Under the pieces are notes generated by a model. That model was given only the letters and a program-made list of their open reading frames with translations, was not told where the DNA came from and searched no databases. DNA of 64,000 bases from Kudoa neothunni. Taxonomy: Eukaryota > Animalia > Cnidaria. This document shows positions 1-13,905 of this stretch, in pieces (position 1 is the stretch's first letter; each line of letters opens with the position of its first letter). The translations under genes were made by a program, and so were the position numbers. The stretch spans positions 10,361,817 through 10,425,816 of the forward strand of contig OZ199838.1 in NCBI GenBank assembly GCA_964304625.1, written 5' to 3'.

Positions 1-92
1 TTGTGTAGTAAATTAAAGCTTCATTAAAATATTTTAGAATTTTATATTGGAAATTTCGTATTTTTCGCAATTCCCTTATTTTTAATTTGCAG

Positions 93-450
93 GAATAAAG
101 ATGTTCATAAAGTCAGCTTTCAATCCAAGAGAGGATTCCATCGTACAAATGACGATACAATGAAAACATAGATTCCTACACAGGTCACTGTAATCATGAA
201 TATAAAACGTGTTTCCTTCTATTGTGGACATTAATTTCAGATAACGCATTAGAGTAAAATTTCAATGTTATTACAACTAATAATTTATTCATATTTTTAG
301 CAATAACATTTAAGAATATAGAATTATGCTCACCGCTATTTAAATGCAAACAGTAAGATTATATATTGATTTTAATTATAAAATTAAACATTAATTTAAA
401 TATATTTACTTTAAAGATTTACTGAACTCACTACATAGAATGCTCTAATG
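93..450 (+). CDS. Probable 3' exons of an unidentified multi-exon gene entering from the left edge
   Basis: Several AG/GT-bounded higher-GC segments (e.g. tttgcag|GAAT at 93, ttttag|CAAT at 301, taaag|ATTT at 417) separated by short AT-rich intron-like gaps. No recognisable protein. Confidence 0.3.
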
Positions 451-534
451 GTTTTCCATGAATAACGGTAATACTTAATATTCGTTGTAGATATGTAATA
501 ATAGAGACATAAATATAATCTATAATTCAAATCT

Positions 535-557
535 ATATATATATATATATATATATA
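535..557. repeat. (TA)n microsatellite
   Basis: Perfect TA run. Confidence 0.9.
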
Positions 558-2350
558 ACAAATACAATTATTTCATTTTATAAAAACATAGTTTAGCGTA
601 TTTTAACAGATTACATTGGCTAAACTCGATTAAACATATTAGGTACGATCAGAGATAATATGGTGGATGTATTTATGCATAAAAAACAATGTTTAATATT
701 TGGTTCTTTAGTCTAAGAAACCTTTATTAATAAAAAATATAAATATGTATTTAACATTACTCATAAAAAAGCACGAAATTTATAATCACAGTATTAGAAC
801 TTTCAATAGCTAAAATTTTCTCCAAAACGGTTAATTATGTTAGGCCAAAAATCATTGATTACAAATATAAATTTCAAATTTTATGTGAGTTTGTAGATTT
901 GGAGTTATTCCCTCCCGTAGCGATAGCCAGTGCCTTACTTAATATCTATTTTTTAGCGCAAGCGCATGTGGTGAAAATTGGGTGGGTAACCAACCACTTT
1001 TTCTGTTTTTTCTATTTATTCTCATGTTGCACTAATAATAGCTCCAATAGGGAGATATAAAAAATTTTCGTAATAATTTTTGTATTATTCACAGAATATT
1101 TTGAAAATAAATAAGGTAGTTTATTTTGGAAAAGCAAAAATTTAAATTTATAATGTGTTCCAATATTTTGGTGTGATGTATCTCGAATAATTTCTTTATT
1201 TCTTTTAGATTTTCTATTTAATTTGTTCATTTTTAGACTAACTCTCGAAACAAACTCATGGAACTGTCCTCGACCGACCGTTATAAAATTGCTGTCTTTT
1301 GTGCCGTCCTTTATGCCATTGGCTAATTTATTTTCCTATTTTATTGTACTTCTGGACAGCTTTATATTTCTCGTTCTCGAAAGTTCGATCCATTCATTAT
1401 TATATCAATTAATTTGAATTTTTTCAAATATTTTTGATTTTATTGATACAATTGTATTCAATGTGGTGACTGATTTAAGGTCGGAGCGCCTAATGATGTT
1501 CGCTTTAAAGCCATTCTTAGTTCCTAATTTTTCTGATTATTTAATAACCTACACGTTTTCTTTAAGTAGGCGATAATTTTGCCTATTTTGCTACTGTGTA
1601 CTAACCATGCCAATGTAACCAAATAATAGATTTCAGGTGAGCAATAAGCATGCACTCCTATTTTCCCCAACGAAGAAATTATTTCTTAATTCTATAATTA
1701 TATTTATCAACGTATTTTAATCTTATCTCACGATTTATATCTATAGTTAATCCGTATATTTTGAATTTTCGACACTATTTCTAAAAGTGCGCAATAACCA
1801 TGCCAGGTAGTATCATTGCGCTGCTGTAGTTCGTATCCCGATGCTATACAGATTAATGATACATCTAATTTTAGTATTTATTCATTAAGTTTTTCGAATA
1901 TGTAATGGTTTTTGATTTTTTATAAATGCAAAATTTAATAATGAATATGTAATAAGTGGAAAAACCTGTGAATTGTGCGTTTAGGCTTTTGTTATTAATT
2001 TATCGTAGCGCTGTAGAAAAACACACTGTTTATAATGCTACCAGATAAATGCCGCGTAGATGGATTATCTTTTGTTTATTATATTGCAATATTAGATAAC
2101 ATATGCAAATCCGTCACAGCTTTATCATTGCTCTAGATGTTTTCCACTGAATAAAACGGTTCTTTAAAAATAAAATATCTTTAAACTGCGATGCTTATGT
2201 TTGAATTAAATGCGCGAGTTTGACAACAAGCTCTTGAGTTAATCTGTTCGTCATTCTTAATTTGCGAGTGTCTATAGTAATGAGTATAGATAATTTTAAA
2301 TTTATATAATTATACGTTTTAGATTGGGTGATTGATTTTTATTCGGTTTG

Positions 2351-4457
2351 ATGCGAAGTGTTTTGTTTCGATCATCAAAATTTTATTTAAAAACTGTTTC
2401 AAGTAGATTTTTAACTTGTTGGTTATGTTGTGGATCTTGTGGGATAGTACATCTAAGCTTTCTAAGAACTATGTCACTATCGAAATACAATGGACCGAAA
2501 ATTGTGGTTAACAACCCTATCGTCGATATTGAAGGGGATGAAATGGCCCAAGTTTTGTGGCAAAACATACGTCAACAACTCATTTTTCCTTATTTGGATT
2601 TGAAAACGTTGGTATTTGACTTGGCAATTGAGAATCGTGATAATACAGATGATACTATAACGTTGGATTGCGCTGAAGCTATAAAAGCTTGTAATGTTGG
2701 AATAAAATGCGCAACGATTACTCCAGATGAAAATCGTGTGAAGGGTAGTTTGAACCAGAATTTCATTTTATTAAAGAAAGACTAATCAACGCTCAGCTAC
2801 ATTTAAATTATGTTTCTTAAATTTATTAGTTTTAATGTTTTCGAGATGAGGTTATAACATTATAACAGGCTTACAGATGTTTAGTTGATTATTTTTAATT
2901 AAAAATTTAACAAAAATTGAATATTTAATTATAGCTATTGGAAGAAATTATTTTTTTTGAAAAGATTAATTTTATTGAGATATTATGAAATTCTTTTGAC
3001 ATTATTTTCACATAATAATTCTTACTAATTGCTCCAATAGAATTTAATTTAAAAAAAATGTGGCCATCGCCTAATGGAACAATTAGAAACACACTCAGAG
3101 GCACAGTTTTTCGTGAGCCGATTATTTGTAAAAATATCCCTCGATTAGTGTCCACCTGGAAAAAGCCAATAATAATTGGAAGACATGCGTTTGGAGATCA
3201 AGTGTGTTCAAAATTTTTTCTTAAATTCATATTCATATATTTCAACAGTATAAAGCAGTAAACGAGAAAATATCAAATGCAGTTGTGTCACTTTTGATTG
3301 AGCCTCATACCAATGATAGCAATGGATCCGCCATTATCAAAAAAGAAATATTTAATTTCAAGGGATCTGATCAAAATGGCGTTGTTATGGGAATGTTTAA
3401 TACTGATTCGGTGAGTGTCGCCATTGCTCATTACTGGTTTGATTTCACATTTCTATAGTCGATAAAAGAATTTGCACATTGTTGTTTCCAGTACGCTCTC
3501 CAAAAGAGATATCCACTCTATTTGAGCACTAAAAATACTATTCTGAAACAATATGATGGGCGATTCAAGGAAATATTCGAGGAAATTTACAATAAGTAAT
3601 TGTTAAAACAGTTGTTTGATTAAGTCACTAACGACGCGCTATCTACTTATAGCGATTACAAAGAAAAAATGATTTCAAATGGCGCATTTTATGAGCATCG
3701 ATTAATCGACGATATGGTAGCCTTTATGTTGAAAAATGAGGGCGGCTTTATATGGGCATGTAAAAACTACGATGGTGACGTTCAATCAGATATTCTCGCT
3801 CAAGGTTGAATTAGAACAACTATTTGGCTGTGCAATTTTCTAATGAGTTGGTTAAAGGTTTCGGTTCATTAGGAATGATGTCTAGCGTGTTGGTTTGCCC
3901 TGATGGTAAAACCATTGAGACAGAAGCAGCTCATGGAACTGTCACACGGCATTTTAGAAGATTTAAACAGGTTAGATACGTTGCTGTCAAATCCCTACGA
4001 TTTACACTATACGTCACACATGGTAGGGAGAGCGAACTAGCACCAATCCAATAGCAAGCATATTCGCATGGACCAAAGGACTTTCTCATCGTGCCCATTT
4101 AGATAATAATATACAGTTGGGGGAGTGATTTAGAATTATTTTTATGCATTATTCTCTAACACAAATTTAGGTTCTGTGAATTGCTAGAAGATGCATGTAT
4201 TGAATGTGTTGAGGGGGGATTTTACACAAAGGATTTGTCTATTTGCATTCATGGTGACAAAAAAGGGTATCTTTAATTGTTATCTTAAAAAGCAACCATA
4301 TTCATGCTATTAGTTGTCAAGAGATTCTGTTAACTCTTTTTCTAGAAGTGAGGATGGTATGTACTTGTACACTGATGAATTTATTGAAGCGATCAAAGCG
4401 AAATTGGAGGACAAATTAGTGAGCTACTTCAGCAACCAAGATTCACCTATTCAATAA
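2351..4457 (+). CDS. IDH2: NADP-dependent isocitrate dehydrogenase (IDH1/IDH2 family), multi-exon, probable mitochondrial presequence
   Basis: Spliced translation contains [94 protein letters not shown] and [12 protein letters not shown]. Stop TAA at 4455-4457. Second in-frame ATG at 2471. Confidence 0.95.
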
Positions 4458-4597
4458 ATTCTATATTACTATCGAAACAATATGCCATTATTAGTGTAGG
4501 CAGATTTTTCATAGTTATTTCTAATCTCATGTGTATTGGTTTGCTGTGGTGCAATGCATAGGCTTTGTGTTATTTGCATTTGAGATCGAAGCAGTTA

Positions 4598-7500
4598 ATG
4601 GATTTCGGAAATAATCCTCCAGGAGATGGAGGCTTTCGATTTAAGCAAAGCTATAAAAAAGTTCGATTTGCCGATCAAAATTTAGACGAAACAACTCAAG
4701 GAGATGGTGCTCGAGCCCCAATAAAGAAAAGCCGTCCCAAATTAAAATCCTATTTCAAAGACCAAGATCAGCTAGCCAATCTCAGCAAAAGTGAGCGACT
4801 AGCCCGAAGCTTTGAGATGACCTACACCCTCAAATCTAAAGCTGTAATGGAAGCTAAGAAACTGGGGATTGATTCAGACGAGGCATACACCGGAAAAAGT
4901 CTATTTCTTTTCTCCTATAACAATGGATTGAGAGAGTTTGTTACATTTGTCGTCAACTGGAATCTCTATCACATCGTTATCAATATGATAACAACTATGA
5001 ATTTCGTGTTGTTTTATGTGTACGAGGACAATGCCTATCATCAGAACGAAAGCCCGAAAAGTGGATTCAGTGTTGTAACATTAATTTTAATATAACAATT
5101 TTGTGTTGAATTCAATTGATATTTATTCATTATCATTTAGACTAAATTTAATAGATTGAGAAATGTTGTTTACACGTTGGATTTGATAATGAAAGTTATA
5201 TCTCGCGGGCTATTTACACACGGCGGCTATTTGAATGAATTGGATAATATTATTGATTTAGTAGCTACAATATCGGGGTTATCATTCTAATACAATCGTA
5301 TTTTCTTAAAAGTTATTTTTATAAATTAGATATATTTTGTTTACTGAAAGAAAGCAAGTGGCTATTAGATTGACTGACAACCGCAATATTCCTTCATTAA
5401 CCTTGCTTAAAGTGTTGACCATGGTATCACAAGCTCGACGTATAATTGCTATTTATACGACAAAAATAGCCAGTTGGACTTTTAATATAGCTATAAAAAG
5501 AATTAAAGATTCCTTGTCCCAAACTTTTATTATATTGGGCTATGCGCTGACGTTTTTGATGGCGTTTCTCGTGACATTTGGGATAATTTTCCATCAAGTG
5601 TACGGTGAAGAAACCTTTGATTATGCATGTGTTACCAAATACACGAAAGGTAACAATAAATTTATGGATAAAATATAATGTTATGAAATAATTTTAGATA
5701 TTCGTTTGGATCAACACAACCAACCTTACATGTGCAACCCACACATTTCGGATAATTCGTGCGGTGAAGGCTATGTTTGTTCGCGCCAACCAGAATACCA
5801 AGGGCGTTTGAGTGTTCTTATCAGTTTCAGATCGATAGCGAGATCCATCATTCAAATATTTCTTCTCACTTTCTCCACTATAGCACCTTACACATTGAAC
5901 TATGTGAGTTCGAAATTTATTTACTGATTGCTGTAAGCTTCATCTAGATGATAAACGCCTCGAATGCTGATTCGTTTGTTAGCTTGATTCTTTTCATATT
6001 TGTGTCCGTGGTGGGCCAAAAACTGATTTCTGGAATAATGTTAGGAGCTGTGAATTGGTAATCTGAGCTTATTTACGATTCCACCAAATATATTTATCAC
6101 TCAAGGAAATATTTCTCGTTCAAAAATAAAAGGGAAAAAATGGACAAGTTCGAAAAATTTATCAAAAATGAAATACGTATGCACAAAGTTCTGATGTCAA
6201 TCCAATGGAAAGATGAAAAAGATTCATCATACAGTATGATTTTTGGTTTTTCCATAAATTAACAACAAACATTTTTTTATAGCTAGTTCTCAAATTGAGC
6301 AAGATTATTCCGTGTTGTTTTCCGGCCTGTACAATAGTTTTAAAACATTCCTCCGATTTGTTTTCATACCAGGGGAGTATTATTATTTCCAATACAAAAT
6401 ATAATTTGGATATCGATAAAACAATTTGGTTTCCTTTGTTCGATCAATATTCTAAAATAGATTCTCTAGGATACAAGAATTTTATGTTTTTCAAAAGATT
6501 TTTTCCAAAAACAAGATACTTGCTCAGTTATTCTCGATTCCAAAATCTATCAAATCGTAGACTGGTTTATTATCATTTCAAATATTATTGTTCAGTCGGC
6601 AATGACTACCAACCAACCTTTCTATTTGATATCAATTCAATGTAATTACTGAATATGTTGTTTGAATTTCCGTTTATTGCTAATTTAGATGGATTGGATG
6701 TAATAGCTCATTTGTATTCGCTACTTATTGTTTGTTTAAACTTGTACAAAAATGGATTCATACAGAGCATCAAACAGTTCGATATAACGCTTTGTGTTAT
6801 AGTAATCTTTTATTACATTTAAATTTTCACACTAACCCATTAAATATATCTTTTTTTTATCTTAAATAAATAAATAATATGAACACCACCAAGAAAGGCT
6901 AGAATTGCCACACTAGTTTTATTTATTTCTTATTTTTATAGAATTATATTTTCTACGAAAATTAAAAATAATATTAAAATATTTATAAAAAAGGAGAGAA
7001 CTTCTTTAGAAAAATAAATTATGTCCATTTTTTTGGATAAATCATTTATTTGGCGTAACGCAGAAATAATCGGTTGCTATAATATTCTCAAGTGATATCA
7101 CTTTAGGTCATATTGTGTAATAAAGCTTAAATAGCCAAGGTAGTTTCTGAAAATAATAGTAAAATTATATTTTTCGCGTGATAAAAACAAAATAAAATGA
7201 CTAAAATTTTAAAGTGAAATTATATCGATTTCTATTCGTTAATGTTCACCATGAAGATTGCGTTTGTATTTCCATACGATGTGTACTGTATATTTCACCG
7301 AATACCTACAAGCGGGGTCACTTCAATAAGACTTCTTCAAGTATACAAATTACTTCACTTGATCAGGTTAGATTGGAATAACTCGCATGGCTGAATTATT
7401 TGGAGATTGGATTTAGTGGTGAGGATTCTTTCACATATGGCTCTGAATTTTTCGCTACGGTATTCTCAAAGTCGATACCATTGTTTATATTTTTTGTTGT

Positions 7501-10500
7501 CACATTTGTCATTTTCATTGCTATCTACGATGAATTTTTATACGTGGCGTAATTGAAATTGTTTCGGTATTTTTATCCTTTCGTTCGTAGGTATGATTTA
7601 CAAGAATATCGTTTATTGTGGTTCGCAATTTTTATTTTACAAGTAATTTATTATTTATATAGCCATATTTTATTTAAAACTTAGATTTGCGTTGGTGGAG
7701 AGTGGTTCGAACAAATGGTACTATTATTTCAATTTAATTCCAATACCAGCACATTTATTCTTGCGACTGTCACAGCCATCATTGCGAGATGTATTATACT
7801 CATTGATTAATTATCGTGTAGTATCTGTTAAGTGTTGTTGAAAACAATTTTTTTGGGAGTTTGCTTGGAGTATATGATGAATAAAAGGAAGGATGTGTCA
7901 AAAAATGTCGACGAATTGTTGGATGACGATGCAGAAATCGATTTTTCAAAGAAGAAGAGCGAAACAGGATCGATTGAAAGTGAATCATCATTAGGGTAGT
8001 CATAAGTTACTTTTAATATTGTTTGAGCTTGACCATGCTGGAATTTTCCACGTAGAACTGCAAAATCTAGCGAAGTAAGATCAAATATAATGCATTAATG
8101 TTTTATCTAACATAAAAATTGACTTGAAAATTTGTAATCTCACAAATATAGACATCCATCTTCTCTGCTAAAACCGAAACCAGTGGTCAATCAGCTGCAT
8201 CATCTGTAGCAGGTTGTCATTTTTATTACACCTCATTTTAACTGCCCAATTAAAGGTGATGCTACAACTGGATCTATCATGTCAAAAACATCGATTCATA
8301 TGTCGGTTGAAACAATTACAACTGATACATTATTTTGCTGTCCTCCAAATTTTATGTAATTCCAAATGTTTCATAAAGCTTAAATAATCATAATTAATTA
8401 GTGTAAGAAGAGTATGTACAGCACTTGTGAAAAGTAAAATATTCCGCTATTTTGGGTATATCCCAGTGATTTTGTCAACGGTATTACTATTGGTGATGAA
8501 TCCCTTGATGAAGCCTAAAACGATTCGTGTAGTCAGAAATCCTCTGCAACTGATGGAATATAATAATTTTAGATGCTCAATTTTATCAATGCCATACTAA
8601 ACTTTTATTTCCTCCTGGATATTTTTATAAAAGTATTCAATTATCGGTCAGCTCTATTTTCCACTCTGACAGCTAATACATAGATTGTAAGTATTGGATT
8701 TATTTTTCCACAGAATTCTTTTATGCGATCCTGGGATAATGTTTTCGATCTACTTTTAGTTCTCGTTAAAGTCACTTGTTCCATAATTGTACTGTAAGTT
8801 CAAAATTTTACTAATCATGTAGGATCGTTGGTATTGATATATTATAATTATTTAATTTTTATAAACTAATTTGTTTTTATACACATAACAAAATTGTCAA
8901 TAATTAAATAGGCATGCATTTTTTCAATAATTTTTTTGTCTAGGTCTTGGCCTTACGAACTTCAATGGATTACAATTATACACTGCTTGAATGCAGTTAT
9001 AATATACAAATTTGTGAATTTATTGAATGACTTCTTCGCCATAAAAGTGAAAAACTTATTCATATAGTTATTGTGGCCAATTCTTATGTAGAAATATATT
9101 TATTATTGTGCGAATGCCATATACAATACCAAATACATTTTGATTTATTTTCTCATTATCACGTACATATATGCTCTGGTGGGGTTGAAATTCTACATTG
9201 TAAGTAAATAATATTATTTATTATAGTTAATCAACTAACATTTTTTTCATTGTTTCAAATCTACAATGTTTGAATTTAAATTTGTTGTAATTTAATAAAT
9301 ATATCAAAGAAATTTTTTGGAAAAAAGTAAGGCGTTTCTTAGGGCGGATTAGAAAAATGTACCGATATCCCACAAAATAAAATCAATTGCAAGTTATTTG
9401 CTTTATTATGAAATCCATTTTTGTTATTCATCTACTACCAGAGGACAATATTACACCTTGAAAGGGAAAACTTTTTCCTCGTTAGATGTATTTTATTAGA
9501 TTACAATTAGTTGTCACTAAGTGATAAACCAATTACAGCTTGAAGAACGTGAATGGAATCATCACAATGTGTACTTTGGAAACATTTTCACATCTCTTCG
9601 CAGCGTCACTTATATCACTACAAATATATTTCAGTAAACGCATAGAGAAAGTCAAATTTTTAAATTTTATTAGATCATTTAATGAATTATATCATGCAAA
9701 AGATAAGTCGAATGATCCAGTGCGCGGTAGTGGGACATTTTCGGTCTTTTACTACGTTTCCTTTATTGTGATATTCCATTTCTACATATCAAATATGATA
9801 TTCTCCGTAATAATCATCAACACCTACGAGGATATCAATGAAAAATATTTCAACATTCACCAAGTATTTGTTGTTGTTGTGGTGGTGAGAACGTATTAAT
9901 AACGTTCCAACTCTATGTTGCCACCGCCAGCAAAATCTTATTATGTTTGCACTCAAACTTAAACCCACAATAATAAAAATTCCTCAAAAAATCAACTCGT
10001 TTCGCTGGTATCTATGGAAGTTGTTTACTAGTAGCTTTACTACCTATGTCATTTATCTCATCGAACTTGGATTGGTTTCGGTTTATATTGCCATGGTATT
10101 TACTATGAATTACCATTTAAAATGTTTATTCTCGTAGACGTTTATTGAGGATAATTTCTACAAGTGGTCATTCATATATGACACTGTTCTTATTGGCTAT
10201 TGCTCGATGTATCTCACCTACAAAATCATAACTAAAAAACATGTTTTCACTCTGGAAAACGTCATCAACACCTTGTCAATAGCAGCTTCAATAGTTGATA
10301 CCATTTTGATCAACATTAAGGATCAGGTGAGGTTTAATGTGTAGCGTTTGTTTGATCTTAATAGACCCCTCAAATTATGATCGTCCAACAATACATGAGA
10401 GCATTACAATTTCTACGATTTGTTAAATTATTTAATCTGATTCCTGGAATTGACAAAATAAATGTTGTAGTGATGGATACAATTAAAGTAATTGCGTAAG

Positions 10501-11748
10501 CTTGCATAGAAACGATTTCAACGAGTTTCCTAATAGAAAGCCCCAATATTGCTGTGTACACTAGGCCTGATCTATTATGTTTATATCGTGTTTGGAATAA
10601 ATGTGATTAGACTCAAATCCAAAAATTTTGATATACCGTATAGATATTTTTCAATATCGAACCAGTGAGAGGCTCTCCTATTGATTTCAGTAGAAATTTT
10701 CGATCTGTTTTTCACACGTCGTTAGCATTATTGGGGTGAATTGAAAGTTTCTTTAAGTTTTGTTTAACGTTTTATATGCTCGTAGAACTGCCAATCTTGA
10801 AAACTGGGAAAAAATTCAAACGGAGCTATCATCTGATGGACAAACATGTACTTATCTTTATATACCCTGCGGTAGTTGGTTCGCATATCCATACATCTAT
10901 TCTTTCGTGTTCTTAACTTCTTACACAGTAGTCCGATTGCTATGAATAGTTTCTATAATTAATATTAGCTCTATCAAATATTTGTTAAAATATCGCTTGA
11001 CTCCTTTATCAAAAATAATGTGCAAAAATTTGTGGACAAACAAGAACTGGTAGAGTTTCTTAATTATTGGCAACAAAAAGACCCTACTGGAAGGTGACTT
11101 AGATCTTATCATGCCAAAACTAATTATCTGATAAATATGATAACTCCTGTGATCGTATAGCTGAATTTCTTAAATTTTCTATAGTGGAAGGATTCATCAT
11201 AGCGAACTTGCTCAAATTTTGCAATTGATGAAAGCTCCTATCGGAGTCGGTCAATTCTCTACCGGTTCCGATGTTTCAAGAGTACGCCATATTTAAAATT
11301 AAAATATTGAAATTAACTCTTCAATTAAGGCTATGATCCGACTGGATATTCCAATCTATGAAGATGGAAGTGTGGAGTTTTACCCTACTATTTTCGCTAT
11401 TATTAAAAATATAATGATTTTGGAAAAGCCATCAAATAGTTCGAATACGTTAGGTTTTCTTTAATAATTTTTTTCTAGTTTCTTCAACCAAAGCCAAACA
11501 AAGATTACAAAGAAAAATAGCTTACACTTTCCCGCAACTTTCGAGACAATTTATTGGGAAATTGATTCCAATCTTCCACGAAGAAGGTTTATATTATACT
11601 CATTCTTTGTCAATACAAATCGCTCTTAGATATGGCTATTCTAAGCATGATCAAAATCTATACAGCCAAACTCATATATTACAAACATGGACATTCCAAC
11701 TTCCACAAATATTCAGGTTCCAGTAGCGACGATGAAAACTACACCTAA
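4598..11748 (+). CDS. Four-domain voltage-gated calcium channel alpha-1-like protein, highly divergent, many exons
   Basis: KSLFLFSYNNGLR pre-IS1 motif. Four repeats with S1-S6 and P-loops (DII ICVGGEWFEQM, DIII MCTLETF, DIV ANLENWEKIQ..CGSWFAYPY). III-IV linker QQNLIMFALKLKP. C-terminal LKAPIGVG..LDIPIYEDGSVEFYPTIFAII resembles the Cav pre-IQ region. Confidence 0.85.
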
Positions 11749-11999
11749 AAACAAAATTATACCTATCGGATTTGATATAATATCAAATTACTATATATCT
11801 GTATTTTCTGAGGCCATTTCTATACGAGAATTATTGCAATTACTCATTGCTTAATCTGTTGAATAAACCCGAGTTGAGTATTTTTCAAATAAAGTAGTGT
11901 CCGAATAGACGACAGATTTTTATTACGTGTTTTAGTGTTGAACATATATTTTCTAGTTGCTCAAAAATTTTAGAGGAAAAATTTAACGACTTCATCAAT

Positions 12000-13905
12000 A
12001 CGTTAAGGCCTCCGATGTAGCGAGTTTCTTATAGGGTAGTAAGCATTTTTTTAATTTCTCTACTCAACATTGTATAATTTTCAATATATGTGTTCCTCAA
12101 ATTCAAGAATATACACATAATTATGAAATGACATTTATTTGATTTAATTTTGGTAAAATTCATAGTTTTGTTATTGGGATGTACTTCCAATGTTATGTTC
12201 TTTAATCCACTAAATCACATTCAAATGTTCGGCATTTTGGGCGAAAAAGATTTTGATAAAAATATTGAAATTAATCAATATTATTATTCAAACAAATCAA
12301 TCTCAACTACCATTAAATGACTTTAATGCGCTCTAGAATATCGTGTATTCTGTTATAATATGCTTTATTCAGATTAAAATAGGTTAACCTTTTCTGGATA
12401 GAATTTTGTCTAATAATCTGAATCACTAAACTTTGAGGTCGCTTTTACTTGTAAAATGATTACAAATGGAAAATATAATCAATTCGAAAGTAAGTTATAT
12501 GACAAAATAATGTCATAACGTAAAAAAAGTGAATACATTACATTCTAAGGTTTTTGATCATTACAAAAGAAAAACTTATTCTTGATGATCTTATAATCAC
12601 TGGTTCCAGTTAGAAGCAAAAAATGATTTGCAAAATTAAACCCCACGTTTGGTATAAAAATTACACTCTCCATGTGGAAACGGGGAGCGCTGATTTTAAT
12701 ATTTATGGTTGGTTAAATAAATTTTCTGTTGCAGTAAGTAGATATGCAAATGGAAACATATTAACCCTTGATAAGACCGTTCATTTTTATGAGAAATGGA
12801 CTGAACGAACATAAGCAAACAAGGATGAGTAAAATTAAAAAAGACTGAAACAATCGAAAAACCTGTCATAGCATTATAGATTTCTTAATTTTCAGGGAAA
12901 AATGTCCACATAAAATCATTGGCAAATTCATAAGACCTCGCTGTATTCAATTAATTGATGAGCATCCTATTAAATATTACCACCAAAAAATGATTTAATG
13001 TTTTCTGTCTTTTTTTGACATTCTAAAAATATTTATCAAAAGTCCACGAATGAAAGAATAAAGGTTATTATATTGTTAGATCAGTGAACTTCACATTACC
13101 AATTAAATGGTTCATTTAAAAATATTAAGTTGCAATTTTTCCCACTGAATGAAACTAGTACTATAAAACCAATTGATCTCGGCGTCATAAACGGCTTAAA
13201 AGCAAACTATCGGAAAATTTTAAATAGACATCTGTTTAAGAAGGATGATCCGACAAAAATTAAATGAACAATATTAGATTGCCTTAATACGTTGAAATTA
13301 GCTTGGGAAATAGTCCAGGCATCTGCTATCGATTGAGAACTGCTTCAAAAAATCCTTAATATTTAGATAAAATATTTAACGACTAATATTAAAATTTTTA
13401 TAATTTATTCGACAATTCAATTTTAACTGGCAGTGGAAACAAGGAATTTAATAAATGTTTATTATTTTATAATTATTATTAAATAATTAAAATAACATTG
13501 TGGATTTAAATGCATAAAGGATAATTGACGACAGAGTAGAGCTAGAAAAGATAGAGAAAATTCACTATGATGGGCTTGGTGACGAGAAAGAAACTATAAG
13601 GAGAATTGTCAAATGTAACAAAGTTTCAGATGTTAATGTTTCTAACGACATTGTTCTTACATCTGTTTTAAGAGTTTTATAAATTATATTAGAATAGTAA
13701 AGTGTCGATTTGCATCAGTCACGTGTCGTGAGTATTTGCTTTGGGTAAGCACTCAATGATTTTACTTTAGTATTAAATTACCACGAATTTCGAAGTCACC
13801 AAGAAAATTTATAACTAAAAGATTTATAAATGATTAATTTATATTTAAGAATTTTTAAAAAATTTAATCATTTAAAAATAAATGAATTATAGCTACATGA
13901 GGCCC
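12000..13905 (+). mobile_element. Decayed pogo/Tigger-like DNA transposon
   Basis: Broken transposase motifs GWLNKF and FPLNETSTIKPIDLGVINGLKANYRKIL (pogo DDE region). Degenerate TIRs AAGGCCTCCGATGTAGC / GCTACATGAGGCC, related to the 21949 element. Confidence 0.7.

Noticed and set aside
1012-1520. Minus-strand ORF fragments
   Set aside because: Short, with no recognisable domain. Likely decayed TE or noncoding.
1797-1813. Minus-strand ATACTACCTGGCA resembling the U1 snRNA 5' end
   Set aside because: One base short of ATACTTACCTGG, and downstream stem-loops and an Sm site are not evident.
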